From contig JBJKSO010000086.1 of NCBI GenBank assembly GCA_046703825.1, positions 16,142-80,141 on the forward strand: 64,000 nt of DNA. The letters are read 5' to 3'. Shown here in pieces: positions 19,326-29,808 of the stretch. Below the pieces are notes generated by a model. That model had not been told where the DNA came from. It was given only the letters and a program-made list of their open reading frames with translations, and did not search any database. The stretch's first letter is position 1. Every line of letters starts with the position of its first letter. Source of the stretch: Candidatus Dormibacteria bacterium. GTDB taxonomy: Bacteria > Chloroflexota > Dormibacteria > Aeolococcales > Bog-877. The position numbers and the translations under genes were made by a program.

Positions 19326-19520
19326 TCAGTCGCGGTTGGCGAAGCCCAGCCGGCGAGCGCTGTCGGAATCGCGCAGCCTCCGGACCAAGTACTCCACGTG
19401 GTCGCCCACCGCAAGTGCCTGGTAGAGATCGAATCCCTGCTCCTGAACCAGCTGGTTGACCTCGTCGAGGCTTGCTAGCAGGCGGTACTCATACACTGGC
19501 CGGCCCGGTTCGGCGATCAA
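19326..19520 (-). CDS. small hypothetical protein (64 aa)
   Basis: GGAGGA SD before TTG 19520; reads YEYRLL...GFDLYQA...YLVRR...RRLGF, a DUF4177-like alpha/beta pattern. Confidence 0.65.
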   Translation of the reverse strand: MIAEPGRPVYEYRLLASLDEVNQLVQEQGFDLYQALAVGDHVEYLVRRLRDSDSARRLGFANRD

Positions 19521-19718
19521 TCGGAGTCCTCCATGCGTCGTGTCGGCGGCGCCGCGCGCCAGACCACAGGAGTGTGCCATGCTGGGAGCGGGAGCCGCCG
19601 CGGTCGCCCATCACTGCGCGGGGGTCATCGATCTCCGCCCCACTGATATACTCTCGCCCGCGCCGCCGCTTCCACTTGGGCGCAGCGCAGCACAAGTTCC
19701 GGAGGATTCAGCAGGCCT

Positions 19719-21044
19719 TTGACCGATCTCGCCACCCAGGCTCCCGTTACTCCGCTGCCGACGTACAGCTCAATGGAGGAGTACCTGCGAGCCAGCGCTG
19801 AATCCATCAGGACGCTCACCTACGGTGACATCGTCGACGGCACCGTGGTTCGGGTGGACCCCGACGAGGTGCTGGTCGACATCGGCGCCAAGTCCGAGGG
19901 GGTTATCTCCAACCGCGAGCTCACCGGTCGCGCCGAGGAGCCGGTGGTGCTCAACCCTGGCGATCGGGTCAAGGTCTACGTGCTGCAGTCGGAGAACGAC
20001 GACGGTAACGTCGTGCTCAGCCTGCGCCGGGCTCGCGCCGAGGGCATCTGGGCCAAGGCGGCCGAGAAGGAGAGCAGCGGCGAGGGCGTGGAGGCGGAGG
20101 TCCGCGAGCAGAACAAGGGCGGGCTGATCGTGAACATCATGGGCCTGCGCGGCTTCCTGCCCAGTTCGCAGGTAGCGCGCACCCACTCGGGCAACCTTAT
20201 GGACCTGGTCGGCCAGCGGATCATGGTCAAGATCCTTGAGGTCAACCGCAAGCGCAACCGCCTCATCGTCAGCCAGCGCGCCGCCCAAGACGAGGACCGC
20301 GCGCGGCAGCGGGAAGAGCTCTTCGAGCGGCTGCACGTGGGCGACGTGGTGACGGGTAAGGTCAGCGGCCTCACCTCCTACGGTGCGTTCATCAACCTCG
20401 GCGGTGCGGACGGGCTCATCCACATCAGTGAGCTCTCCTGGGACCGTGTCAGCAACGTTTCCGACATGCTGGCGGTTGGGGACGAGGTGACTGTCAAGGT
20501 GATCAAGCTCGACCCCGAGCTATCGCGCATCTCGCTCTCGCTGCGGCAGATGACCGAGGACCCCTGGGACAGCATCGAAGCCCGCTTCCCGCCGGGAACG
20601 ATCATCGAGGGCGCTGTTACCAAGACCAAGAAGTACGGCGCCTTCTTGCAGATCGCCGACGGGGTTGAAGGTCTGCTGCACATCAGCGAGCTCTCCTGGG
20701 AGCACGTGGAGCGCACCGAGGACGTCCTCCACGTGGGCGACAACGTGCGCGTGGTGGTGCTGCAGGCCGATCGGAGTCGGCGGCGGATCTCGCTCTCCTA
20801 CCGTCAGCTACTACCGCGTCCGGAGCATCTCAGCGATGAGGAGATCACCGACCTTGGGTACCAGGCCGCCGCTGACTACGAGCCCGATGAAGAATCCGAA
20901 GAGCCGGTGGGCAGCGTCCAGGCCGCCGAGCCGGGGCCCGAGGACACTTCGCCGGAGGCTCCCGGGGACCCTGAGATCGCTGAAGGCGGTGAGGAGCCGG
21001 CGGCATCGGTCGAAGAGGAGTCGGTAGAGGCCGAGCAGGGCTAG
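19719..21044 (+). CDS. rpsA: 30S ribosomal protein bS1 (four S1 domains, acidic tail)
   Basis: DIGAKSEG, RGFLPSSQ, DGLIHISELSW, EGLLHISELSW. Confidence 0.96.
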   Translation: MTDLATQAPVTPLPTYSSMEEYLRASAESIRTLTYGDIVDGTVVRVDPDEVLVDIGAKSEGVISNRELTGRAEEPVVLNPGDRVKVYVLQSENDDGNVVLSLRRARAEGIWAKAAEKESSGEGVEAEVREQNKGGLIVNIMGLRGFLPSSQVARTHSGNLMDLVGQRIMVKILEVNRKRNRLIVSQRAAQDEDRARQREELFERLHVGDVVTGKVSGLTSYGAFINLGGADGLIHISELSWDRVSNVSDMLAVGDEVTVKVIKLDPELSRISLSLRQMTEDPWDSIEARFPPGTIIEGAVTKTKKYGAFLQIADGVEGLLHISELSWEHVERTEDVLHVGDNVRVVVLQADRSRRRISLSYRQLLPRPEHLSDEEITDLGYQAAADYEPDEESEEPVGSVQAAEPGPEDTSPEAPGDPEIAEGGEEPAASVEEESVEAEQG

Positions 21045-21065
21045 GGTTCCCTCTCCCCGCGGGCA

Positions 21066-21799
21066 TTACCCAAGGGTGGCCGGCTTCGCGCCGATCACCC
21101 TGTCGAAGCCACCGGGATCGGCAATGGCGACACCGACCGGCTCGGCAAGGCGGAGCTCGCTACGCGGGGGCGAGGCGCTCTCGGCTAGGGGCCACTTCGA
21201 CGCCTCGTGCACGGCGGCCGCCATGGCGCGGCCCAGTTCAGTTCCGCAGCGGTCGCGACCTTGTTCGGCGAGTCCTCCGCCGCCGCGTGTGGGGGTATGC
21301 CGGCGAAGATGGCCTCGTCGGGGTCCTGGCCCATGGTTATGCGCCCGGCCTCCTCGACTGTAGCCAGCGCCAGGGAGCCGCCATCCAGGCTGCGGGAAAT
21401 CACCACCGCGACGACGTGGTCCGTGGGCCCGCACCGCAGAGCGGAACAAGGCGTCGACAGCCGGCCGGGCCCCGTTCTCGCGGGGGCCCCGAGCGACGGG
21501 CGACAGGGCTGTCCATGGACCAGCAGGTGGTGGTCCGGAGGAGCTACGAAGACCTTCCCGGCCAGCAGTGGCTCCCCGTCGACCGCATGGCGGGCGGGGA
21601 GCGGCCCCCACGGTTCAGGATCTGCGGCAGGACGCGGCGACTGGAGGGAGCGAGGCGCAGCACCACGAGAACCGCGGCGGGCAGGTCTGCAGGGAGTTCG
21701 GAAGGCAGCGTCACCAAGGGGTCGAGCCCCCCGGCCGAACACCCTATGACCACAAGGCAACGAGCGGTGGCGTTGACCGGCGAAGTCGACTCTCAGCAC
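21066..21799 (-). pseudogene. stand-alone CheB-type methylesterase pseudogene
   Basis: Fragments in three frames: VVIGCSAGG..LPADLPAAVLVV; VAPPDHHLLV; GPRENGARPAVDALFRS; LDGG..QDPDEA. Catalytic His is replaced by Arg. Confidence 0.85.
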
Positions 21800-22093
21800 G
21801 CCCCGGTCCCCGCGATGCAGCCCGGCACCGCTCTCCCGTTGCAGCGAAGCGGTGTACTTGAACAGATTCGTAACCCGTTACACCGAGTGATGCAGCAGTG
21901 GCTGGTTAGCTTGGTGGTCGCCCGGCATGGACCCTCTACGGGAGGCCGCGGCAGCCGGCGGGTAGCAACAGAGCGAATTGGGCATAATGCGAGAGTGATC
22001 GGCCCCACCCGGAGCCCCTTCTGCGTCTCAGTTATGGTCCGGCAGCCGGCGGGGCTGGCGGCCGCCGCCCCGCCGGGCTCGAGGAGATGATCT

Positions 22094-24649
22094 GTGTACC
22101 CGTTTGAACGATTCACGGAGAAGGCCAAGAAGGTCCTGACCTTGGCTCAGGACGAAGCCGAGAAGTCACACCACTCATACATAGGTACCGAGCATCTGCT
22201 GCTCGGCCTCCTGCGAGAGGGCGACGGGCTCGCCGCCAAGGTCCTCAACAACCTCGGCGTGGAGATCGAGAAGGTGAGGACCACCATCGAGTCGGTGCTC
22301 GGCCGCAACGAGCGGATCATCGTCCAGCAGATCATCCCCACCTCACGGGTCAAGAAGGTGATCGAGATCGCCTTCGAAGAGGCGAAGCGGATGAACAACA
22401 CCTACGTGGGGACCGAGCATCTGCTCCTGGGTCTTCTGATCGAGGGCGAGGGCATCGCCGCCCATGTCCTCGAGGACTTGGGTGCCAACCTGGAGAAGGT
22501 TCGCAGCGAGCTGGAGGCGTTGCTGCGGGAGCAAGGCTTGGAGGACGAGGCTCCACACGATCGCAAGAAGACCAGCAAGACGCCGCTGCTGGATCAGTTC
22601 TGCCGTGACCTAACCGAGCTGGCCCAGAAGAACCAGCTGGACCCGGTCATTGGCCGCGAGATGGAGATCGAGCGGGTGGTGCAGATCCTTTCGCGGCGCA
22701 CCAAGAACAACCCAGCCCTGATTGGCGAGCCCGGGGTGGGTAAGACTGCGATCGCCGAGGGCCTGGCCCAGGGCATCGTCCAGCACGAGATCCCGGAGTC
22801 GTTGGCGAACAAGCGAGTTCTCACCCTGGACATGGGTGCCCTGGTAGCCGGGACCAAGTACCGCGGTGAGTTCGAGGAGCGCCTCAAGAAGATCCTCGAC
22901 GAGATCCGGTCGTCCAAGGAGGTGGTGCTCTTCATCGACGAGTTGCACACCCTGGTGGGCGCCGGTGCCGCCGAGGGCGCCATCGACGCCGCCAACATCC
23001 TCAAGCCGGCGCTGGCCCGTGGTGAGATCCAATGCATCGGTGCCACCACCCTCAACGAGTACCGCAAGTACATAGAGAAGGACGCGGCGCTGGAGCGTCG
23101 CTTCCAGCCGGTCTACGTGGAAGAGCCCAAGCTGGAGGAGACGGTGGAGATCCTCTCCGGGGTTCGCAGTCTCTACGAGAAGCACCACCGGGTCACCATC
23201 ACCGACGACGCTGTGCATGCCGCGGCCGAACTCTCCGGTCGCTACGTCAGCGATCGCTCCTGGCCGGACAAGGCGATCGATCTGATCGACGAGGCCAGCG
23301 CCCGGGTTCGGATGAAGCTCACCACCACACCCCCCGAACTGCGAGCCAAGCAGCGCCACATCCGCTCCCTGCATATGCGCAAGGAGGAAGCGGTGGAGCG
23401 CCAGGACTACGAGGCCGCCAACCAGCTGGACCAGGAGGCCAAACAGCTCAAGGATGAGTACTCGTCCGAGGAGGCCACCTGGCGGGACGAGCTGGGCAAG
23501 ACCACCCCGGAGGTCACGGAGCACCACATTGCCGACATCGTGTCCTCCTGGACCGGAGTTCCGGTGAGCCGGCTGGTGGAGGCCGAGACCAAACGGCTTC
23601 TGGCCATGGAATCGGAGATCCACCGACGCCTGATCGGCCAAGAGGAGGCAGTCAAGGTTGTCTGCCAGGCGGTCCGCCGGGCTCGCGCCGGCCTCAAGGA
23701 CCCGCGGCGGCCGATCGGCTCGTTCATCTTCCTTGGCCCAACCGGGGTGGGAAAGACCGAACTCGCCCGGAGCTTGGCGGGGTTCCTGTTCGACAACGAC
23801 GACGCTCTGATCCGCCTGGACATGTCCGAGTTCGCCGAGCGTCACAGCACCGCCCGTCTGGTGGGCTCACCCCCGGGCTACGTCGGCTACGACGAGGGAG
23901 GACAGTTGACGGAAGCGGTGCGCCGCCGACCCTACAGTGTCGTCCTCTTCGACGAGATCGAAAAGGCGCACCCGGACTTCTTCAACATGCTCTTGCAGAT
24001 CCTCGAGGACGGACGACTCACCGACGCCAAGGGCAAGGCGGTCAGCTTCGCCAACACCATCGTGATCATGACCAGCAACCTGGGCATCCAAGGGGTGGGG
24101 ACCAACAAGTCCATGGGCTTCCAGACCGGGATGCCCGGGCCGTCGGGTGAGGACCACGAGCACGCCAAGATGCGGGAGCGGATCACCGACGAGCTCAAGC
24201 GCGCCTTCCGTCCGGAGTTTCTCAATCGGGTGGACGCGATCGTGGTCTTCCACCGCCTCACCCAGGACGAGAGTCGGCAGATAGTCGAACTGATGCTGGT
24301 TCGCTCGCGCGAGCACCTGCAGCGGCAGGGCCTGAGCCTGCTGGTGACAGAGGAGGCCAAGCAGTTGCTGGTCGAGCAGGGCTTCGACCGCGTCTACGGC
24401 GCCCGCCCGCTGCGCCGGGTGATCCAGACCGAGATCGAAGACCCGCTCAGTGAGGAATTGCTGCGGACCGAGTTCAGCGCGGGCGACCTGGTCACCATCG
24501 ACGTTGAAGACGGACACATCCGTACTCACGTGGTGCCGGGGCCGCCGCCGCCCGCGGAGCCGACTCCGAAGTCGACCGCCACCGCCGAGCCAGCGGGAGC
24601 CGGCGCCACCGGCCCCGGACCGAGCGATGGCGGCAGCGTCGCCGGATAA
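22094..24649 (+). CDS. clpC: ATP-dependent Clp protease ATPase ClpC
   Basis: Two Clp-N repeats, [11 protein letters not shown] coil, [15 protein letters not shown]. Confidence 0.97.
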   Translation: MYPFERFTEKAKKVLTLAQDEAEKSHHSYIGTEHLLLGLLREGDGLAAKVLNNLGVEIEKVRTTIESVLGRNERIIVQQIIPTSRVKKVIEIAFEEAKRMNNTYVGTEHLLLGLLIEGEGIAAHVLEDLGANLEKVRSELEALLREQGLEDEAPHDRKKTSKTPLLDQFCRDLTELAQKNQLDPVIGREMEIERVVQILSRRTKNNPALIGEPGVGKTAIAEGLAQGIVQHEIPESLANKRVLTLDMGALVAGTKYRGEFEERLKKILDEIRSSKEVVLFIDELHTLVGAGAAEGAIDAANILKPALARGEIQCIGATTLNEYRKYIEKDAALERRFQPVYVEEPKLEETVEILSGVRSLYEKHHRVTITDDAVHAAAELSGRYVSDRSWPDKAIDLIDEASARVRMKLTTTPPELRAKQRHIRSLHMRKEEAVERQDYEAANQLDQEAKQLKDEYSSEEATWRDELGKTTPEVTEHHIADIVSSWTGVPVSRLVEAETKRLLAMESEIHRRLIGQEEAVKVVCQAVRRARAGLKDPRRPIGSFIFLGPTGVGKTELARSLAGFLFDNDDALIRLDMSEFAERHSTARLVGSPPGYVGYDEGGQLTEAVRRRPYSVVLFDEIEKAHPDFFNMLLQILEDGRLTDAKGKAVSFANTIVIMTSNLGIQGVGTNKSMGFQTGMPGPSGEDHEHAKMRERITDELKRAFRPEFLNRVDAIVVFHRLTQDESRQIVELMLVRSREHLQRQGLSLLVTEEAKQLLVEQGFDRVYGARPLRRVIQTEIEDPLSEELLRTEFSAGDLVTIDVEDGHIRTHVVPGPPPPAEPTPKSTATAEPAGAGATGPGPSDGGSVAG

Positions 24650-25805
24650 CCAAGAGCAGGTCGGCGGCGCCCCGAGCCGGGGCGTCGCTTTGACCGGCCC
24701 CGTGGTCCCGATGCGCTTGGAGCGGATCGCCAGCCTGGTCGGCATGTGCCTGGGCGCGGTCGGCGGAACCTTCTACGGAGCGGTTTTGGTCCAGAGTGTC
24801 AAGGGCCCGCTGGCGACCTGGCCGGGCATCAGCCTCACCCTCTTGATCGGGCTGGGCCTGGGTTGCGCCGCCGGCTACTTGCTCGGACCCAACCTCAGCG
24901 TCCGCCCCTACTTCTGGGCGGAGAACCGGCTGGCCACGATCCCGCTACTGGAGCTGGTCGGTGCCACCCTCGGAGTGATCGTTGCGCTCGCCATCGCCGC
25001 CCTCGTGGCTCTTATCGGCAGCGGGCTGCCGCACGGTCTCGGGTGGGTGGTGGCAGTGGTGGTGGCCTTTGTTTTGGTGCCGTTGGGGCTCTCGGTGGGC
25101 CGCCGCCGGCGGCAGGAGATCTCCCAAATCGGTTTGCCGCTGACCAGCGGCGGACCTTCGCTGGCCCGGGTGGTGGTCGACACCAGCGCCGTCATTGACG
25201 GCCGCCTGCTGGACCTTGCCCGGGCCGGCTTCTGCCTCTACGAACTGGTGGTGCCGCACTTCGTCCTGGAGGAGTTGCAGGCGGTGGCGGATTCGGCGGA
25301 CCCGCTCCGGCGCTCGCGGGGGAGGCGCGGGCTCGCCATGCTCGAGGAACTGCGCGGCCTCTCGGGGATCGACTTTCGCGTGGTTGAGACCGATTACCCG
25401 TCGATGACCGAGGTCGACGCCAAGTTGGTGCGGCTGGCCAAGGAAGAGCGCGCAGGGCTGCTCACGGTCGATTACAACCTGGCCCGGCTGGCTCAGATCG
25501 ACGGCCTGCGCGTGCTCAACCTGAACCAGCTGGCCACCGCCCTCCGCCCCGCCATCGTGGCCGGGGAGCGCGTGGAGGTGCAGGTGGTGAAGGAAGGCAA
25601 GGAGCCGGAGCAGGGCGTGGCCTACCTCGAGGATGGCACCATGATGGTCGTGGAGGGAGGCAGGGACCGGCTGGGCGAACGGGTAGCTGTCACCGTGCGC
25701 AGCGTCATCCAGACCGCCTCCGGGCGCTTGGTGTTCGCCCAGATCGACAGCCAGTCACCTGCCCCCGACGGCGCGGCCTCGGCCGCCGAGGCGAGCGGCT
25801 CGTGA
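24627..25805 (+). CDS. membrane PIN/TRAM-domain protein (YacL-like); start 24627 or 24711
   Basis: Four TMs, VDTSAVIDGR, RGRRGL, EVDAKL, GVAYLEDGTM, QTASGR; clpC-ispD context. Confidence 0.92.
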   Translation: MAAASPDNQEQVGGAPSRGVALTGPVVPMRLERIASLVGMCLGAVGGTFYGAVLVQSVKGPLATWPGISLTLLIGLGLGCAAGYLLGPNLSVRPYFWAENRLATIPLLELVGATLGVIVALAIAALVALIGSGLPHGLGWVVAVVVAFVLVPLGLSVGRRRRQEISQIGLPLTSGGPSLARVVVDTSAVIDGRLLDLARAGFCLYELVVPHFVLEELQAVADSADPLRRSRGRRGLAMLEELRGLSGIDFRVVETDYPSMTEVDAKLVRLAKEERAGLLTVDYNLARLAQIDGLRVLNLNQLATALRPAIVAGERVEVQVVKEGKEPEQGVAYLEDGTMMVVEGGRDRLGERVAVTVRSVIQTASGRLVFAQIDSQSPAPDGAASAAEASGS

Positions 25806-25806
25806 G

Positions 25807-26508
25807 TTGAGCGGCGCCACGGGCGGCGCCTCGGGACTGGTGGCCGCCGCCGGTGCCGGAACTCGGTTTGGGGGAGCCAAGCTCTGGGCGGATCTCAATG
25901 GCCAGCCCGTCTTGGCCTGGGTGCTTCAGGCGCTGGGAGATCCAGCGAGCGGGCTAACTGAGCTGGTGGTGGTCATCGACCCCAAAGAGCACCGGCGCGT
26001 TCAGGAACTGGCATCGGCGGTCGCGCCGCGACTGGGCTGTCGCTGCGTGGGCGGCGGGCCGCGCCGCCAGCAGTCGGTGGCCAACGGAGTCGATGCCTGC
26101 CAAGGTGGCCTGATTCTGGTGCATGACGGCGCCCGCCCAGGCGTCACCCCGGAACTCTGCGCCCGGGTCCTGCGGGCGGCGCGCCAGCAGGGCGCCGCCA
26201 CCGCCTTCCTGCCGGTCGCCGACTCGATGGCGCGGCTCGGCGATGGTGGGGTCGCGGAGATGCTGGTGCGGTCGGAGCTGGGCGCCATCCAGACTCCCCA
26301 GGCCTTTCGGCGGGAACTGCTGCGGCAAGCCCACCAGCGCGCCGCCACCGGTGGACTGGAGGCAGACGACGACGCGGCACTGGTGCTTGCCACCGGCCAT
26401 CCGGTCGCTGCGGTGCTCGGCGACCCGCGCAACCTCAAGGTGACCCGGAACGAGGACCTGCTGGCCCTGCGCAGCTGGCTTGCCGGACACAGCTGGGCCC
26501 GGAGATGA
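25807..26508 (+). CDS. ispD: 2-C-methyl-D-erythritol 4-phosphate cytidylyltransferase
   Basis: AAGAGTRF..K, GGPRRQQS, VHDGARP, QTPQAF, NLKVT. Confidence 0.95.
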   Translation: MSGATGGASGLVAAAGAGTRFGGAKLWADLNGQPVLAWVLQALGDPASGLTELVVVIDPKEHRRVQELASAVAPRLGCRCVGGGPRRQQSVANGVDACQGGLILVHDGARPGVTPELCARVLRAARQQGAATAFLPVADSMARLGDGGVAEMLVRSELGAIQTPQAFRRELLRQAHQRAATGGLEADDDAALVLATGHPVAAVLGDPRNLKVTRNEDLLALRSWLAGHSWARR

Positions 26509-27029
26509 GCAGGGCCGTGCCCGGCGTTGGCTTGGGCGTTGACGTCCACCGCTTCGGCGGCCCGGGGCCCCTCCACCTGGGCGGGGTGTCCGTCCCCTTC
26601 GAACTGGGACTGCAGGGTCACTCCGACGGGGATGTCTTGTGCCACGCTGTGGCCGACGCGATCCTCGGCGCCAGCAACCTGGGGGACATGGGTCGGCACT
26701 TCCCCTCTGCCGACGAGCAGTGGCGGGGAGCCGCGTCTTTGGAGTTTCTCCGGCTGGTTGCAGAGATGATCGCCGGGGCCCGGCTCGAGATCGCCGGTAT
26801 CGACGCCACCGTGATCGCCGAGGCGCCCCGACTCGGTGACCGGATCGACACTATGGCCGAGGCGATGGCGGAAGCGCTGGGGATCGATCCCACCCTGCTC
26901 TCGGTCAAGGTCAAGTCGAGCGACGGGCTCGGGTTGACCGGCAGAGGTGAAGGCATCGCCGCTCTGGCCGTGGCCCGGGTCGAGCCCCGGACGTCTCAGG
27001 CGCCGCCCATACCATTGGGCACCGAGTGA
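26505..27029 (+). CDS. ispF: 2-C-methyl-D-erythritol 2,4-cyclodiphosphate synthase
   Basis: GVDVHRF, GHSDGDV..HA..DA, DMGRHFP, GRGEGI. Confidence 0.96.
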   Translation: MSRAVPGVGLGVDVHRFGGPGPLHLGGVSVPFELGLQGHSDGDVLCHAVADAILGASNLGDMGRHFPSADEQWRGAASLEFLRLVAEMIAGARLEIAGIDATVIAEAPRLGDRIDTMAEAMAEALGIDPTLLSVKVKSSDGLGLTGRGEGIAALAVARVEPRTSQAPPIPLGTE

Positions 27030-28456
27030 CGATCCAGCTGTTCAACACCATGAGCGGCCGACTGGAGCCGCTGCGGCCGATCGATCCTGGACGCATCAGG
27101 CTGTACACCTGCGGGCCGACGGTGCATGACCGGGCACACATCGGAAACTTGCGCACCTACCTCTTGGAGGACCTGCTGCGGCGGCACCTGGAGTACCGGG
27201 GCTTGGCGGTCCGCCACGTGATGAACATCACCGATGTCGACGACAAGATCATCGGAAAGGCCGCTGCGGCCGGGTCGACGATCGAGCAGTTCACCGAACC
27301 CTACATCGAGGCCTTCTTCGACGACCTGCGGCAGCTGGGAATCGAGCCGGCCCAGTCCTACCCAAGGGCCACCCAGCACGTCCCGGGGATGATCGCGCTC
27401 GTCGAAAGGCTCCTGGCCAACGGTCACGCCTACCAGAGCGAGGGCTCGGTGTACTTCCGGGTGAGCTCGTTCCCCGCTTACGGCCGGCTCAGTAGGCTCG
27501 ACGTCGCCGGACTGCTGGCTGGCGGAAGCGGGCGGGTCGACAGTGACGAGTACGAGGTTAAGGAACAGGTACGGGATTTTGTCCTCTGGAAGGCCGGTCG
27601 CGAGGGCGACCTCGCCAGCTGGCCATCCCCCTTTGGCTGGGGTCGTCCCGGCTGGCACCTCGAGTGCTCGGCGATGGCGATGGCGGAGCTGGGCGAGACC
27701 ATCGACATTCACTGCGGCGGGGTGGACAACAAGTTCCCCCACCACGAGAACGAGATCGCCCAGTCCGAGTCTGCGACCGGCAGGCCGTTCGTCCACCTTT
27801 GGTTCCACTGCGAGCACCTGGTGGTGCAGGGCGGCAAGATGGCGAAGTCGCTCGGCAACTTCGTCACCCTGGGTGACCTGCTCCGTCGCGGGCGCAGCCC
27901 CTTGCCGGTGCGCTACCACTTGCTGGCGTCTGGAGCCCACTACCGGTCGCGCCTCGCCTTCCGCGAGGGAGATTTGGACGGTGCTGCCAAGTCCCTTCAG
28001 ATCCTGGCCGCCTTCTGGATCCGGTGCCGCGACTCCCTCCATCTGCCGGCACCCGACGGAGGGGCGGATCCTCTGGTGGACGCAGCGGAGCGTGCCAGGG
28101 AGAGGTTTGACGAGGAGATGGACAACGACCTGCAGCTGCCTCAGGCCATGCCTGCGCTCCACGAGTTGGTGCGGACGGGCAACCGCTATTTGGACCAGGG
28201 ACGGAGTGGGGGAGCGGGATGCGAGGCGGCCCTGTCGACGCTGAAGGCGATCGACACCCGCTTGGCGGTGATCGAGCGCGCGGCAAGTGCGCCGGTGGCC
28301 GACCTCACCGCCGAGGAGGCCGAGCTGGTAGCGCTCCGCGACGCGGCGAAGTGCCGGCGCGACTTTTCCGAGGCTGACCGCCTGCGCGAGCAACTGGCCA
28401 CTCGCGGCATCCAATTAGAGGACACCAAGGCCGGCACCCGCTGGCGCCGGGCGTAG
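27026..28456 (+). CDS. cysS: cysteine--tRNA ligase
   Basis: CGPTV, HIGN, GRPGWHLECS, FPHHENE, KMAKS. Confidence 0.97.
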   Translation: MTIQLFNTMSGRLEPLRPIDPGRIRLYTCGPTVHDRAHIGNLRTYLLEDLLRRHLEYRGLAVRHVMNITDVDDKIIGKAAAAGSTIEQFTEPYIEAFFDDLRQLGIEPAQSYPRATQHVPGMIALVERLLANGHAYQSEGSVYFRVSSFPAYGRLSRLDVAGLLAGGSGRVDSDEYEVKEQVRDFVLWKAGREGDLASWPSPFGWGRPGWHLECSAMAMAELGETIDIHCGGVDNKFPHHENEIAQSESATGRPFVHLWFHCEHLVVQGGKMAKSLGNFVTLGDLLRRGRSPLPVRYHLLASGAHYRSRLAFREGDLDGAAKSLQILAAFWIRCRDSLHLPAPDGGADPLVDAAERARERFDEEMDNDLQLPQAMPALHELVRTGNRYLDQGRSGGAGCEAALSTLKAIDTRLAVIERAASAPVADLTAEEAELVALRDAAKCRRDFSEADRLREQLATRGIQLEDTKAGTRWRRA

Positions 28457-29250
28457 TGCCTGAGGTCCTCTACGGGCGGAATCCGGTCCTGGAGGCGCTC
28501 CGGGCTGGCCGGAGGCTGCGACGGTTGCTGCTGGCACCAGCACTGCACTCGGAGCCGCGTCTGGACGAGATCGGCACGCGCGCGGCCGAGGTAGGAGTGG
28601 AACCCGAGGTAGTTAGCCGGCGACGCCTTGCCGACATCGCCCACACAGAGCACCACCAGGGCGTGGCCGGCTACTTCGACGCACGGCAGTTGCCGGGCCT
28701 CGCGTTCTTGCGGCAGGCTCTGGTGGAGCCGGCCGCGGTACCGCCCCTGCTGGTATGCCTGGACGGAATCCAGGACCCGCAAAACCTCGGCGCCATCGCG
28801 CGGAGCGCGGAGGCGATGGGCGTCCGCGCCCTGGTCATCTCGAAGAACCGCACTGTGGCACCGACCGCGGCGGCCGTGAAGGCTTCAGCGGGTGCGCTCG
28901 AGCACTTGACCGTTGTCAGCGTTTCCAACCTGGTCGCGGCGATGGCGGAGATAGCCAAGGCCGGAGTCTTGCTCGTGGGACTGGAGCCGGATGGCGAGCA
29001 GCGTGTCGACCAAGCCGACCTGCGAGGCCCCGTGGCACTGGTGGTGGGCGCTGAGGGCACAGGTTTGCGCCCGCTGGTTCGCCGCAGCTGCGATCTCACT
29101 GTGAGGATCCCCATGGGAGGCAGGGTGGCGTCGCTGAACGCCTCGGCGGCACTGGCTCTAGTGCTCTACGAGACCCGCCGGCAGCAGCGGTTTGTCGGGC
29201 TCGCCGACCCAGAGGTCCGACCCTATACTTCAGCGGCCGCGCCGACGTAG
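28456..29250 (+). CDS. rlmB: 23S rRNA Gm2251 methyltransferase (TrmH family)
   Basis: YGRNPVLEAL, HQGV, DPQNLGAI.RS, GAEGTG, SLNAS. Confidence 0.94.
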   Translation: MPEVLYGRNPVLEALRAGRRLRRLLLAPALHSEPRLDEIGTRAAEVGVEPEVVSRRRLADIAHTEHHQGVAGYFDARQLPGLAFLRQALVEPAAVPPLLVCLDGIQDPQNLGAIARSAEAMGVRALVISKNRTVAPTAAAVKASAGALEHLTVVSVSNLVAAMAEIAKAGVLLVGLEPDGEQRVDQADLRGPVALVVGAEGTGLRPLVRRSCDLTVRIPMGGRVASLNASAALALVLYETRRQQRFVGLADPEVRPYTSAAAPT

Positions 29251-29312
29251 CTCAGTGGTAGAGCAGCTGTCTTGTAAACAGCTGGTCGGGAGTTCGACTC
29301 TCCCCGTCGGCT
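29241..29312 (+). tRNA. tRNA-Thr (TGT); CCA not encoded
   Basis: GCCGACG/CGTCGGC acceptor stem, GCTGT-CT-TGT-AA-ACAGC, GGGAG-TTCGACT-CTCCC. Confidence 0.95.
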
Positions 29313-29352
29313 CACCAAGTGGGTGAAAGCCAACCCCGAGAGCGAGGTTGGG

Positions 29353-29586
29353 CTAGTTCCCGGTCACCCTCCCAACCGCCTGGTTCGAGGCGATCGTGGT
29401 CACGAACACCAGGACGCTGGTGAGTACGAACAAGAAGCCGATCGGCAGTGACACTATCACCCAGTAGCGCCATGCTTGTGGTGACCACGAGAGATAAATC
29501 GAGCCGGCGAAGAAGCCCGATGCTAGGAGCACGACCACTCCGAGAGTGAAGACGGCCAAGCCCCCAATCGGCTCGAAAACCGCCAT
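29353..29586 (-). CDS. small two-TM membrane protein
   Basis: GGAGGA SD before ATG; two long hydrophobic segments. Confidence 0.65.
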   Translation of the reverse strand: MAVFEPIGGLAVFTLGVVVLLASGFFAGSIYLSWSPQAWRYWVIVSLPIGFLFVLTSVLVFVTTIASNQAVGRVTGN

Positions 29587-29778
29587 GTTTATCCTCCCGC
29601 CACCTCAACCGGCTACCGCCAGCCACGATGAACCTGGCTTCCGCAGAGCGTAGGGCCGGGCCGCTCTGGCTGTCAAGAGCTCAACTCGAGCCAGTCGGCT
29701 GTGGTTGCCGTGAGCGGCACTACGGCTAGGCCGAACAGTTGCTCCACTGACGGCTTCGCTCAGTTCGTCTGACTTGCC

Positions 29779-29808
29779 TTGACTGCCCCGCGCGGCCGGT
29801 GCTACAGT
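29779..29808 (+). promoter_or_regulatory. sigmaA-type promoter for the oxidase operon
   Basis: TTGACT, 18-nt spacer containing an extended -10 TG, TACAGT. Confidence 0.55.
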
